The notes beneath the pieces were generated by a model. That model ran no database searches and was not told the origin of the DNA. It saw nothing but the letters and a program-made list of their open reading frames with translations. The position numbers and the translations under genes were made by a program. From contig CAZMZP010000073.1 of assembly GCA_964570935.1 (NCBI GenBank), positions 28,820 through 92,819 on the forward strand: 64,000 nucleotides of DNA. Reading direction: 5' to 3'. Source of the stretch: an uncultured bacterium (GTDB lineage: Bacteria > Eisenbacteria > RBG-16-71-46 > JAFGJU01). Below, in pieces: positions 22,003-32,227 of this stretch (position 1 is the first letter of the stretch; the number at the start of each line of letters is the position of its first letter).

Positions 22003-24857
22003 GGTCTTCTCGGAGAGCCCCTTCCGGGTTCATAGCGGTCAGAGGGGCCAGGGAACACAACCTCAAGAACATAGACGTGGACATCCCCAGAAACTCGCTG
22101 GTGGTCGTCACCGGAGTGAGCGGTTCGGGCAAGAGCTCACTCGCCTTCGACACAGTCTACGCGGAGGGCCAGAGGCGCTACGTAGAGTCCCTTTCGGCCT
22201 ACGCGCGACAGTTCCTGGGCCAGATGGAGAAACCCGACGTGGACTCCATCGAGGGACTTTCGCCGGCAGTGTCGATCGAGCAGCGGACCGCGGGCGCCAA
22301 CCCGCGTTCCACGGTGGCCACCGTCACAGAATTGTACGACTACCTCAGACTGCTGTTCTCGCGCCTCGGAGTGCAGTACTGTCACAAGTGCGGCGCGCCG
22401 GTCGGTGCGCAGACTTCTTCCCAGATCGTGACCTCGCTCCTGGACACTGAGGCGGGAAAGACTGTCCAGGTCATGGCGCCGCTGGTCAGGGGCAGGAAGG
22501 GCGAGTACAAGAAGGAGCTGGAGCAGGCCAGAAGACAGGGTTTCCTGCGCGCCCGCATCGACGGCGAACTGGTGGAGCTGGAGCGTGCCGGGCCTCTCAA
22601 GAAGACCAGGAAACACGACATAGACATCGTGGTGGACAGGCTGGTCGTGTCTGAGAAGAGCCGAACGCGCCTGGCGGACTCGGTGGAGACCGCGCTCCGC
22701 GTGACTTCCGGCACCGTGAGCGTGCTGGCCGGCGCCAGGGAGCTCCTGTTCAGCGACAGGCGCGCGTGCGCCACGTGCGGAATCGGATTCGACGAGCTCA
22801 ATCCCCGGAACTTCTCGTTCAACAGTCCTTACGGCGCCTGCCCGGTGTGCGACGGCCTGGGGAGCCGCCTCGAGATAGACCCCTCGCTGGTCGTGCCAGA
22901 CCCGCGGCTGTCACTGGCGGAGGGGGCGCTCGCGCCGTGGGGAGAAGCCAAGGCCGGCTGGTTCTGGACCCAGATCAGGGCCCTCGCGCGGCACTATAGG
23001 TTTGACCTGAGAACTCCGTTCGAGGTACTTCCGGAGCCGGCGAGGAAGGGGATTCTGTACGGTACCGGTCCCGACGAAGTGGAATCCACGTACACGAGCA
23101 CGCGGTTCACGGTGAAGAGGCGCGCGAGTTTTCCGGGCATCGTTCCCGACCTGGCCCGCAGGTACAGGGCCACTACCTCGGACGCCGTGCGGGAGTGGAT
23201 AGAAGGGTTCATGGCCCAGGGAGAGTGTCCTGCGTGCGGAGGGAAGCGGCTCAAGCCGGAGAGTCTGGCCGTGCGGCTCGACGGGAAGAGCATCGCCGAT
23301 TATTCCTCCGCGTCGGTCAAGGAAGCACGCGAGCTGTTCGAGAGACTGGATGTCCGGCAGGCGGACGAGGCCGTGGCGCGTCCAGTCCTGAAAGAGATTC
23401 TCCAGCGTCTCAAGTTCCTCTGCGACGTGGGTCTGGATTATCTCACCCTCGACAGAGGCGCCGCGACTCTCGCGGGCGGCGAGGCTCAGAGACTCCGGCT
23501 GGCCACGCAGATAGGCTCGAAGCTGAGCGGCGTGCTGTACGTGCTGGACGAGCCCAGCATAGGGCTCCACCATCGCGACCAGCGGCGGTTACTCAACACT
23601 CTTTGCGAGCTGAGGGACATGGGGAACACAGTGCTGGTGGTGGAGCACGACAGGGACACCATCCTGTCGGCCGACCACGTTATCGACCTGGGACCCGGGG
23701 CCGGCGAGACTGGCGGTTACCTCGTGGCAGCCGGGACGGCCAAGGAAATAGCGGACGACGAGGCGTCGCTGACCGGGCAGTACCTGTCTGGAAGGAAGGA
23801 CGTGGAGCTCCCGGAAACGCGGCGCCGTCCGGCGGGGCCCGGACTCGTCGTGAGGGGCGCGGCCGCCAACAACTTGAAGACGATAGATGTGTCCTTTCCG
23901 TTGGGACTGTTCGTGTGCGTGACCGGCGTCTCCGGTTCCGGGAAGAGCACTCTTGTGAATGACATTTTGTTCAGGGCTCTCGCCAGGCATTTCTACTCGT
24001 CCACCGACTCCCCCGGCAAACACGCCAGGATAGAGGGGCTCGAGGCCATAGATAAGGTCGTGGACATCGACCAGTCACCGATCGGGCGCACGCCGCGCTC
24101 CAACGCCGCCACGTACGTCGGCGCTTTCACTCACATACGAGACCTGTTCGCGCAGCTCCCCGAGTCGAAGGTGAGAGGATACCGGCCGGGCAGGTTCAGC
24201 TTCAACGTTCACGGCGGCCGCTGCGAGGCCTGCCAGGGCGACGGCCTGGTGAAGATCGCGATGCACTTCCTTCCCGACGTGTACGTTACGTGCGACACCT
24301 GCCGGGGCAAGAGGTACAACCGGGAGACTCTGGAGATACTGTACAAGGGGCACAGCATCGCCGACGTTCTGGACATGACGATAGAGAGCGCTCATCAGTT
24401 CTTCCTACAGATACCCGTCGTGCGGAGGAAGCTGGAGGCGCTGAGGGACGTGGGGCTGGGATACTTGCGCGTGGGACAGCCCGCGACGCGACTCTCGGGC
24501 GGCGAGGCGCAGAGAGTGAAGCTGGCAGCCGAGCTCTCGAAGGTGGCCACGGGGAAGACGGCCTACATACTGGACGAACCCACGACCGGTCTCCATTTCG
24601 ATGACGTGAGGCTTCTGCTCCGGGTTCTGAACAAGCTCGTGGCCGCGGGCAATTCGGTGATAGTCATAGAGCACAACCTTGACGTCATAAAAACGGCCGA
24701 TTACGTCATCGACCTCGGACCCGAGGGGGGAGAGGACGGCGGGCTGGTCGTGGTCGCCGGCGCCCCCGAGGAGCTCGTGGCCTGCGAACAGTCGCACACG
24801 GGCAGGGCGCTGCGGGAAGTCGTCGGCCTGTGCGGGAAAGTGCGGAGCAGGGAGTAG
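21957..24857 (+). CDS. uvrA: Excinuclease ABC subunit A
   Basis: [42 protein letters not shown], second ATPase [21 protein letters not shown]; exact start uncertain. Confidence 0.97.
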   Translation: MGKHGKGKAASAFEIGSSRRAPSGFIAVRGAREHNLKNIDVDIPRNSLVVVTGVSGSGKSSLAFDTVYAEGQRRYVESLSAYARQFLGQMEKPDVDSIEGLSPAVSIEQRTAGANPRSTVATVTELYDYLRLLFSRLGVQYCHKCGAPVGAQTSSQIVTSLLDTEAGKTVQVMAPLVRGRKGEYKKELEQARRQGFLRARIDGELVELERAGPLKKTRKHDIDIVVDRLVVSEKSRTRLADSVETALRVTSGTVSVLAGARELLFSDRRACATCGIGFDELNPRNFSFNSPYGACPVCDGLGSRLEIDPSLVVPDPRLSLAEGALAPWGEAKAGWFWTQIRALARHYRFDLRTPFEVLPEPARKGILYGTGPDEVESTYTSTRFTVKRRASFPGIVPDLARRYRATTSDAVREWIEGFMAQGECPACGGKRLKPESLAVRLDGKSIADYSSASVKEARELFERLDVRQADEAVARPVLKEILQRLKFLCDVGLDYLTLDRGAATLAGGEAQRLRLATQIGSKLSGVLYVLDEPSIGLHHRDQRRLLNTLCELRDMGNTVLVVEHDRDTILSADHVIDLGPGAGETGGYLVAAGTAKEIADDEASLTGQYLSGRKDVELPETRRRPAGPGLVVRGAAANNLKTIDVSFPLGLFVCVTGVSGSGKSTLVNDILFRALARHFYSSTDSPGKHARIEGLEAIDKVVDIDQSPIGRTPRSNAATYVGAFTHIRDLFAQLPESKVRGYRPGRFSFNVHGGRCEACQGDGLVKIAMHFLPDVYVTCDTCRGKRYNRETLEILYKGHSIADVLDMTIESAHQFFLQIPVVRRKLEALRDVGLGYLRVGQPATRLSGGEAQRVKLAAELSKVATGKTAYILDEPTTGLHFDDVRLLLRVLNKLVAAGNSVIVIEHNLDVIKTADYVIDLGPEGGEDGGLVVVAGAPEELVACEQSHTGRALREVVGLCGKVRSRE

Positions 24858-24912
24858 TCGTGCGGGAAGGCCGGCCCGGCGCGGACGCCGGGCGCGGCCC
24901 GAGCTCCAGTCT

Positions 24913-25437
24913 CTAGTACTTTCCGTCCATCTTGAATTCCGGCACGTTGAACCAGAAGCCGGTGTTGTTGATGCTGTCCATCTCGGCCTGAATCAGGTCG
25001 AAGTGCGCGTCCTCCCACTGCGCCAGGTGCTCAAAGAGACTCCTGGCCTTCGGGTCAATCGCCGCCTCGGCCTGCTCACGGAAGAACTTCGCCGCTTTCC
25101 GCTCCAGGTCCAGGGCTATTTTCAGGGCTTCCGTCTCGGCCCCTCCGGACTCTCCGGTGACCTTCTGCTGCCTGTCGGTCATGGTGGGCGCCACGTTCTC
25201 TATCTCGTACTTCGGCACCTCTATCTCGACCCAGGGCTGCCCCTCGGCCAGATGGTGCATCTGTTTCTCCAGAATCCTGCGGTGTTCGTTCTCATCCATC
25301 GCCAGACGTATGAACATGTTCTTGCCGAACTCGTGTTTAGTCCGGCGGGCAAACTTCAGAAAGGTCACGAGGCCGTTGTCTTCTATGTCTACGGCCATCT
25401 TCAGAGCTTTCATGATTGCGCTCGGTGCGTCACTCAT
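24913..25437 (-). CDS. Rubrerythrin/ferritin-like di-iron protein
   Basis: Two helix pairs with E...E..H motifs: A.DIE...LAMDENEH and ALDLE...LAQWEDAH. Confidence 0.8.
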   Translation of the reverse strand: MSDAPSAIMKALKMAVDIEDNGLVTFLKFARRTKHEFGKNMFIRLAMDENEHRRILEKQMHHLAEGQPWVEIEVPKYEIENVAPTMTDRQQKVTGESGGAETEALKIALDLERKAAKFFREQAEAAIDPKARSLFEHLAQWEDAHFDLIQAEMDSINNTGFWFNVPEFKMDGKY

Positions 25438-25655
25438 TACGGTCCTCCTTTGCCACGTCCCGTCGCCAAAGCCTCGAGCACTCCGTTTTCCATCCGCCCC
25501 AGTCCTAGCCCGGAGTGCGACCCCTACACGTTATTGGAATCGGGACGCGCTGTCAAGGTTGAGCGGTGTGTGGTATAGTATGTCTTACGCACGCACGCGC
25601 TTCGCCTTGTCATGACCACGCCGTTGTCCGGCGGTTCGGAGGTAGACCGGGAGCA

Positions 25656-27428
25656 ATGCGAAAACTCAAACTGAGACTCAGCAGACCGTCGTCGTGCGTA
25701 TTGATGCTGGGGGCGGTTCTCTTTCTGAGCGTTGCTATCCCGGCAGCGGAGGCCCGGGCCGCCGCCACGGACCAGGCTTTTCCGGCTGTCGCTTTCGACG
25801 GGACCAACTACCTCGTGGTCTGGGAGGACGGCCGCACCGGCACGTACCCCGACATCTACGGCGCGCGCGTGAGCAAGGCCGGCCTCGCTGTCGACCCGGA
25901 TGGGTTCGCCATCTCTATGGCGTGGCACACCCAGGCGCGTCCGTCGCTGGCGTTCGACGGCACAAACTACCTGGTCGTCTGGCACGACTTCCGCTCCAAC
26001 TCGTACTACTCGGTGTATTTCGCACGCGTCAGCCCGGCGGGCGTCGTGCTCGACTCGGACGGAATCCGCGTGTCCACGACCGCCTCGCAGCAGATGTGGC
26101 CTGCCGTTGCGTTCGACGGCACCAACTACCTCGTGGCCTGGCAGGACTTACGCAGCGGCAACTTCGACATATACGGTACGCGGGTCAGCAAGTCCGGGGC
26201 GGTGCTGGACCCGTCCGGGATCGCCATATCCACGGCTACCGCCAGGCAGGCGCACCCCGCCGTGGCGTTCGACGGCGTGCACTACCTGGTTGTTTGGGAC
26301 GACCAGCGCACCAATCTTTCGGACGACATCTACGGCTCCCGCGTGAATCCGTCCGGAGGAGTGCTGGACGCGAAAGGAATCGCGATCTCGACGGCTGCCA
26401 ACCGCCAGGAGTACCCCAGTGTCACGTACGGCGGCGGCAGCTACCTCGTGGCCTGGCAGGACGACCGGAGCGGATTCGAGGACATCTACGGCGCACGCGT
26501 GACGCCGTCAGGGGGAGTGCTCAACTCCGGCGGGATTCCGATCTCGCGGGCCGCCAACAGCCAGGCTTACCCGGCGGTGAGCTTCGACGGAACCAATTAC
26601 ATGGCGGTGTGGCAGGATTTCCGCGCCGGCTACTACTTCGACATCTACGGAGCGCGCATTGGTGTGTCCGGCTCGGTGCTGGACACGGCCGGAATCGCAA
26701 TATCCGTGGCCGGGGACGACCAGCTGGCGCCGGCGGTGGGATATGACGGGACCAACTACATGGTCTTCTGGCAGGACAACCGCGGCGAGACTTACGACGT
26801 GTTCGCCGCGCGCGTGGAGAGTTCCGGCGCCGTGCTCGACCCCGGAGGCCTGACTGACGTGCTGGTGGCGTCCGCTTCCGCGCGCGTGGAGGCCGGGTGC
26901 GTGGCCGTTTCCTGGCAGACGACGTCCGAGGTCCCCGCGTCGAGTTTCTCAGTGGAGCGTTCGGAGTCCGGGGAGGGAGCGTTCACTGCTCTGGAGACCG
27001 CGGTTGTGGCGTCGGACGCGCTGTCGTTCTCAGTCACTGACTGCTCCGTGACGCCCGGCACGACTCTGTGGTATCGGATCGTCCTGGAGGGCGCTTCGGG
27101 CGCGAGAGAGTTCTACGGCCCGATTGAAGTCCTGGTGGACGCGGCGCCAGCCACGTACAGGGCGTACGACGCGTACCCCAATCCCTTCAATCCGTCCTGC
27201 ACAATACGTTATGACTTGCCGGAAGGCGCGGGCGTGAGCTTGCGAGTGTTTGACGTGAACGGCAGCCTGGTGCGCACCCTGGTTGACGGATGGCGCGGTC
27301 CCGGGGTCCACAGCGAGACCTGGGACGGCAGAGCCCATGACGGTTCGCCATTGCCGTCGGGAATCTACTTCTATTCCGTCGAGGCCGGCCAGCTGGAGGC
27401 GACCAGGAAGATGCTGCTCCTCAGGTAG
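25656..27428 (+). CDS. Exported repeat (probable 7-blade beta-propeller) protein with C-terminal FlgD-Ig/T9SS-like sorting domain
   Basis: Signal peptide from ATG 25656; 7 repeats Q..PAVAFDGTNYLV.W.D.R....DIYG.RV; C-term YPNPFNP...WDGR..G..LPSGIY...KMLLLR. Confidence 0.8.
   Translation: MRKLKLRLSRPSSCVLMLGAVLFLSVAIPAAEARAAATDQAFPAVAFDGTNYLVVWEDGRTGTYPDIYGARVSKAGLAVDPDGFAISMAWHTQARPSLAFDGTNYLVVWHDFRSNSYYSVYFARVSPAGVVLDSDGIRVSTTASQQMWPAVAFDGTNYLVAWQDLRSGNFDIYGTRVSKSGAVLDPSGIAISTATARQAHPAVAFDGVHYLVVWDDQRTNLSDDIYGSRVNPSGGVLDAKGIAISTAANRQEYPSVTYGGGSYLVAWQDDRSGFEDIYGARVTPSGGVLNSGGIPISRAANSQAYPAVSFDGTNYMAVWQDFRAGYYFDIYGARIGVSGSVLDTAGIAISVAGDDQLAPAVGYDGTNYMVFWQDNRGETYDVFAARVESSGAVLDPGGLTDVLVASASARVEAGCVAVSWQTTSEVPASSFSVERSESGEGAFTALETAVVASDALSFSVTDCSVTPGTTLWYRIVLEGASGAREFYGPIEVLVDAAPATYRAYDAYPNPFNPSCTIRYDLPEGAGVSLRVFDVNGSLVRTLVDGWRGPGVHSETWDGRAHDGSPLPSGIYFYSVEAGQLEATRKMLLLR
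25773..26850 (+). repeat. Seven degenerate ~53-codon intragenic repeats
   Basis: Recurrent ttcgacgg(c/g/a)acc aactacct-like units; seven peptide repeats counted. Confidence 0.8.
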
Positions 27429-29544
27429 CGGTCTGCTCGTGCAGCTGTCCCCATTCCTCCAACAGCATTTCCATCTCCTGCTCAGCGCTCATGTATTCTT
27501 CGGCCAGCCGCTGTATCTCTTCACGTTCTGCAGGCGGATTGGCGAGACTGTCACGGAGGCGGGCGAGCTTTTCTTCCAGGGCTGAAATCCCGGCTTCGAC
27601 TTCACCGAGCCGCTTCTGGCGCTTGAGCTCCGCTGCCCTGGCCCGGCGCTCCTGGGCTATCTCGCGGTTCTTGGAGGCCCGCGCCTTCTTGAACGCCTCG
27701 CCCTTTTGGAGTCGCGACGCTTCCGAGGCGGCGTCCGAACCTGCCGCGGACTCGGCCCTCTCACGGTACTCGGTATACGTCCCCCTGAAGACGTTGAGGA
27801 CGCCCTCAACCTTGTCGATTTCCCACACCTGGGTCGCCAGGGCGTCTATCAGGTAACGGTCGTGCGAGACCAGGATGACGGTGCCGTCGAAATCGGCCAG
27901 GACGTTCTGGAGGACCTCCTGCGAAGGGATGTCGAGGTGATTCGTCGGCTCGTCCAGCAGGAGGAGGTTGGCGTTGCCCAGGGCGAGCTTCGCCAGTGCC
28001 AGGCGGCCGCGCTCGCCGCCGGACAGGACCCGCACCTTCTTGAACACGTCTGCTCCGGTGAAAAGGTACCGGGCCAGATGGCTTCGTATCTCGGCGACCA
28101 GCATTTCCGGCGCCGCGGAGGATATCTCCTGAATCAGATCCTTTTCCGGGTCGAGGTTTTCGTGCGCCTGGGCGAAGTAGCCGACGTCGAGACTGGCGCC
28201 GAGCTGAGCCTCTCCCCGAGGCGGAGGCAGCTGGCCGAGCAGCATCTTCAGGAACGTCGTCTTGCCGGCCCCGTTCGGACCTATCAGGGCAACGCATCCC
28301 AGGCGCTGGAGCTCCAGGTCGGGGACCGAGAAAAGAAAATTGCCCGGATAACCTATTTCGAGTCCGTGGGTCCGGAGCACGATGTTGCCGCCGCGCTTGG
28401 CCGCGCTCAGCCTGAGTTTCAACTCGGTCGGATGCCGGAGCGGGTTGCGTAGTGCCCTGAGCCGCGACTCGGCCTCCTCGGGAGTCATCACGCCGGCCTC
28501 TATCTGCACGTCCTGACTGATCTGCAGCCACTTCTTGCCGCGCATGGCCTCCAGCCCCACCTGCTCGATGGCCTGGATCTGGCGGCTCATGCGCCTGAGG
28601 CGGCCCCTGGCCTGCGTCACATTCTGCGCCGCGATGTTCCGCTTTATGTAGTCCATCTCGTGCAGGAGTCGTTCTTTCTCCGCCTCGAATTCCTTGGAGC
28701 GTAGCTCCCAGCGCTCCTGGCGCTGGGTCAGGTAGTGAGTGTAGTTGCCGTGGTAGGCCTCGACGCCGGCCCTGCTCATCTCCCAGATGTTGTTGCATAC
28801 CTTGTCCAAGAGGTAGCGGTCGTGAGACACGATCAGGATCGCGCCGTCCCAGTCTCTGATGTAGCTCTCGAGCCATTCCACCGCCGCCGTGTCCAGGTGG
28901 TTTGTGGGTTCGTCCAAAACGAGCAGTGTCGGGTTCTCGAGCAGGAGCCGGGCCAGCAGAGCGCGCGTGCGCTGTCCGCCGGAAAGATGCGTGAGTGGGA
29001 GCGAGTACTCGTCCTGGCGGAATCCCAGGCCAGTGAGCACCTGGCGGATGCGCGTCTCGTACGTGTACCCACCGCCGTGTTCGAAACGGGCCTGCAGCGT
29101 GCCGTAGCGGTCCATGACGTCCTGGACCTCCGCGTGCCCGACCTTGCCGTCCCCAAGTGCGCTCACGTCGGAGGCGCCGCCCGAGCCGCCGGCGGTGGAC
29201 TGCTCGCTTCCGTGCGCGGCCATTTCGGCCTCGAGTCGGGCCAGCTCCTTCTGCACGTCCAAGAGGTCACGGAACGGCAAGAGGCACTCGTCCCACAGTG
29301 TGTTCGCAGACTCGACCACGGACTCTTGCGGCAGATAGCCGATCGTGAGGGCTTTCGAGCGTCGCACCGTGCCGGCAGAAGGCGGTTCCGTCCCCGCAAT
29401 GACCCGAAGAAGCGTCGTCTTGCCGATGCCGTTCGGGCCCACTATGGCGATGCGCGCACCGTGCGGGATGCTGAGCGAAAGTCCGGCAAACACGTCAAGA
29501 GCGCCGAACGATTTGCCCAAGTTGTGCGTGGTTACAATTGCCAT
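27421..29544 (-). CDS. ABC-F family ribosome-associated ATPase
   Basis: Two ABC domains (GPNGIGKTT/LSGGQ/LDEPTNHLD; GPNGAGKTT/LSGGE/LDEPTNHLD), no TM, C-terminal coiled coil; 8-bp convergent overlap with the previous gene. Confidence 0.93.
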   Translation of the reverse strand: MAIVTTHNLGKSFGALDVFAGLSLSIPHGARIAIVGPNGIGKTTLLRVIAGTEPPSAGTVRRSKALTIGYLPQESVVESANTLWDECLLPFRDLLDVQKELARLEAEMAAHGSEQSTAGGSGGASDVSALGDGKVGHAEVQDVMDRYGTLQARFEHGGGYTYETRIRQVLTGLGFRQDEYSLPLTHLSGGQRTRALLARLLLENPTLLVLDEPTNHLDTAAVEWLESYIRDWDGAILIVSHDRYLLDKVCNNIWEMSRAGVEAYHGNYTHYLTQRQERWELRSKEFEAEKERLLHEMDYIKRNIAAQNVTQARGRLRRMSRQIQAIEQVGLEAMRGKKWLQISQDVQIEAGVMTPEEAESRLRALRNPLRHPTELKLRLSAAKRGGNIVLRTHGLEIGYPGNFLFSVPDLELQRLGCVALIGPNGAGKTTFLKMLLGQLPPPRGEAQLGASLDVGYFAQAHENLDPEKDLIQEISSAAPEMLVAEIRSHLARYLFTGADVFKKVRVLSGGERGRLALAKLALGNANLLLLDEPTNHLDIPSQEVLQNVLADFDGTVILVSHDRYLIDALATQVWEIDKVEGVLNVFRGTYTEYRERAESAAGSDAASEASRLQKGEAFKKARASKNREIAQERRARAAELKRQKRLGEVEAGISALEEKLARLRDSLANPPAEREEIQRLAEEYMSAEQEMEMLLEEWGQLHEQTAT

Positions 29545-29666
29545 GACACCTGAATCTACTACAGCGGGCGCTCGGGGTCAAAGCGTGGCGCGAGGGTCGG
29601 ACCCGCGCATGGGCGGGCGACGCTCTGCGATGACTCCGCGCCGCGGTCGGCGCCCGCATCACGAGA

Positions 29667-29695
29667 TTGACATTCACACCTGATTGTGATACCCT
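29667..29695 (+). promoter_or_regulatory. Putative sigma70 promoter, long leader
   Basis: TTGACA-N17-TACCCT with TGn extension, about 250 nt upstream of ATG 29946. Confidence 0.5.
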
Positions 29696-29812
29696 AATCT
29701 GTTGTAGGAGTGTGCAGGCTCGCTGACGAGCATGCGGCGTTGGGTGGTGCTTCTTCAGGAGTTGATAGTGGTCAGCTGGTCTTTGGGGTTATAAGACAAT
29801 CAGGCGGTGAGC

Positions 29813-29848
29813 GGCCTTGCCCGTTTGGGCGAGGCCTTTGCTGTCTTT
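29813..29848 (+). terminator. Terminator-like hairpin inside leader
   Basis: GGCCTTGCCC-GTTT-GGGCGAGGCC followed by TTTGCTGTCTTT. Confidence 0.45.
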
Positions 29849-29945
29849 AGCGGCTGTAATTCGGAGCCCGAAACCCTGTGCAGCAAGTCGGAGTGCGTGT
29901 TTCCTGCCCCGGCAGGAGCGGCACGCGGGAAGAGGAGGTCAGTTC

Positions 29946-31901
29946 ATGAAGACAAAGGCGAGCGTACTTAGTGTCCTGTTCATTTTGTGCCTGTGTCTGT
30001 CAGGCGCGCTTTGTCCGTCCTCCGCTACCTGGCTGGAAGGCGGCAACCCGGTCTGCGCAGCAGCGGGCTACCAGCGCTATCACCAGATTGCCTCAGACGG
30101 GTTCGGAGGGGCAATCATAGCTTGGTACGACGGCCGTACTGCCTGGGACTCGTACGTTCAACGGATCAGAGCCGACGGCTCGCCGGCCTGGGCGGTCAAC
30201 GGGGTTTGCGTAAGCAATGTCCCCACCGATCACGCAAGTCCGCAGCCTTTGTCTGACGGTGCGGGCGGCGCCATAGTCGTGTGGCAGGACTACCGAAGCG
30301 GCAAGTGGGACATCTATGCGCAGCGAATTCGCGCAGACGGTACGGTGGCGTGGGCAAGCGGGGGCCTCCCGGTCTGCGCGGTACCCGGAACTCACGCCGG
30401 GCCACGCGCTGTCTGTGACGGAGCCGGCGGGGCAGTCGTCGCCTGGGAGGACACTCGGAACGGCAATTACGATATCTACGCGCAGCGGATCAGTGCCAAC
30501 GGCACGCTGACGTGGGCTGCGGGTGGGGTCGTCATCTGTGTCGCCGCAGGGAACCAACGCTCTCTTCGCATGACGGCCGATGGTGCGGGTGGGGCGATCA
30601 TGACTTGGGAGGACTATCGAACCTATCTGGACGTTTATGCCCAGCGGGTCAGCGCCGGCGGCACGCCAATGTGGACTGCTGATGGTGTGGCTGTGTGCGT
30701 GGCCGCTCGAAACCAATACTACCCGAGGATTGCGCCGGACGGCGCGGGCGGCGCAATCATCACGTGGCAGGATGACCGCACGACGGCCTACGACATTTAT
30801 GCGCAGAGGATAGATGCCGGAGGTATGCCGGCGTGGGTGGTTGATGGCGTTCTCATCTGTGGAGCCATCGGCCACCAGAGTCACCCTCAGATCGCGTCTG
30901 ATGGCGCCGGAGGCGCCGTCATCGCCTGGGACGAGATTCGAGGCGGGCTCGGCTACGACATCTTTGCTCGAAGAGTCAGCGCCGGCGGCACGCCGATGTG
31001 GGCAGTCGACGGTGTTCGAATTTGTGCGGCGCGCTATGACCAGGCGAGCCCGGAGATTGTGCCGGATGGCGCCGGAGGTGCAATCGTCACATGGCCGGAC
31101 TGGCGGAGCGGGAACGTAGACATCTACGCGCGAAGAGTCAATGCTGACGGCACACCGATGTGGAACGCAGACGGCGTGAGGCTATCCACGTCTCCCAGCA
31201 GTGAGGACTCCCCCTTGATTGTAGCGGATTGCTGTGGTGGTGCGGTTGTGGCTTGGGTGGAGTGGCACCAGGATACGGCATATGACATATACGCACAACG
31301 CGTGGATGCGAATGGCGCTGGCGGTCCGACGCCGGTAGTCTTCGCCGAGGCTTCCGCGAGGATGGAGAACGGCTGCGTTTCTCTGTCGTGGCAGGTGGCC
31401 GCCGACGTGCCAGCTTCGAGCTTTGTCGTCCGGCGCGCCGATGCGCCAGACGGGATGTTCGGCCCTGTCGAAGTCTCCGTGGTGAGGGTTGCGGGCTCTT
31501 CGTTCTCGTGCTTGGATTGCTCCGTCCAGTCAGGTAGAACCTACTGGTACGAGATCATACTGGCCGGTCTGTCGGGAGAGGAGAGCTCGGGCCCAGTAGA
31601 GGTTCGAGTGGATTCTGCGCCAGTTGCGTTCAGGGCGTATGGGAGTTATCCGAACCCGTTCAATCCTGTGTGCACGGTTCGATACGAAGTGCCGAGCGCA
31701 TGCAATGTGAGCTTGAAGGTTTTCGACGTAAGTGGTTCTGTGGTGCGCGTGTTGGTGGACGGATGGAGAGAGCCTGGTGTGTACAGCGAGGTCTGGGACG
31801 GTAGGGGCGGTGACGGCAGAGGGTTACCGTCTGGAGTGTATCTCTATTCGTTCCAGGCGAGGGAGTTCACGGCAACGCACAAAATGATTCTGCTAAGGTA
31901 G
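29946..31901 (+). CDS. Exported repeat (probable 8-blade beta-propeller) protein with C-terminal FlgD-Ig/T9SS-like sorting domain
   Basis: RBS GAGGAGG, ATG 29946, signal peptide; 8 repeats DGAGGA...W.D.R....DIYAQR(I/V); C-term YPNPFNP...WDGR...LPSGVY...KMILLR. Confidence 0.8.
   Translation: MKTKASVLSVLFILCLCLSGALCPSSATWLEGGNPVCAAAGYQRYHQIASDGFGGAIIAWYDGRTAWDSYVQRIRADGSPAWAVNGVCVSNVPTDHASPQPLSDGAGGAIVVWQDYRSGKWDIYAQRIRADGTVAWASGGLPVCAVPGTHAGPRAVCDGAGGAVVAWEDTRNGNYDIYAQRISANGTLTWAAGGVVICVAAGNQRSLRMTADGAGGAIMTWEDYRTYLDVYAQRVSAGGTPMWTADGVAVCVAARNQYYPRIAPDGAGGAIITWQDDRTTAYDIYAQRIDAGGMPAWVVDGVLICGAIGHQSHPQIASDGAGGAVIAWDEIRGGLGYDIFARRVSAGGTPMWAVDGVRICAARYDQASPEIVPDGAGGAIVTWPDWRSGNVDIYARRVNADGTPMWNADGVRLSTSPSSEDSPLIVADCCGGAVVAWVEWHQDTAYDIYAQRVDANGAGGPTPVVFAEASARMENGCVSLSWQVAADVPASSFVVRRADAPDGMFGPVEVSVVRVAGSSFSCLDCSVQSGRTYWYEIILAGLSGEESSGPVEVRVDSAPVAFRAYGSYPNPFNPVCTVRYEVPSACNVSLKVFDVSGSVVRVLVDGWREPGVYSEVWDGRGGDGRGLPSGVYLYSFQAREFTATHKMILLR
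30072..31320 (+). repeat. Eight degenerate ~55-codon intragenic repeats
   Basis: Eight DG(A/F)GGA/DCCGGA peptide repeats counted. Confidence 0.8.
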
Positions 31902-31977
31902 GCGCAGGGACTGGCGCCAGCCGGGACAGTTGAGAGAGTCAGCTGTCTCATCATCCCAAGTGACGAAAAATGTTGCG

Positions 31978-32007
31978 GGGCCGGCGAGCGCCGGCCCTCG
32001 TGGTTTT
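31978..32007 (+). terminator. Possible intrinsic terminator
   Basis: GGGCCGGC-GAGC-GCCGGCCC followed by TCGTGGTTTT, downstream of the propeller gene. Confidence 0.35.
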
Positions 32008-32227
32008 GGGCGTTGTGAAGGCACCCGGATGTCTGCCGGTTGGTTGAGGCAGGGTGTTGGAGTTTTTCGGTTGTCCCGGCGTTCCTTCTGTGGGATACTG
32101 CCTGATGTACCCGGCGAAGGCAGCTGAGGGGGCGGTAACAGTGGTAGCCGCCTCTCTGCGTTAACGGGACGTGCAGCCGGGCGTGGGTCACGACTTCAAC
32201 GGTGCTGACCGTGCAGGGACGGACTTG

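Noticed and set aside
29775-29892. c-di-AMP (ydaO) riboswitch-like fragments (TTGGGGTT, CCCGAAACCC)
   Set aside because: Only partial word matches; the GCTGAA and GTCAGCTAA elements and the pseudo-symmetric stems cannot be built. Kept only as an unassigned leader.
25773-31320. Repeats as a CRISPR array or diversity-generating retroelement template
   Set aside because: The repeats are in-frame, degenerate at synonymous positions and have no spacers; no cas or reverse transcriptase gene is present.
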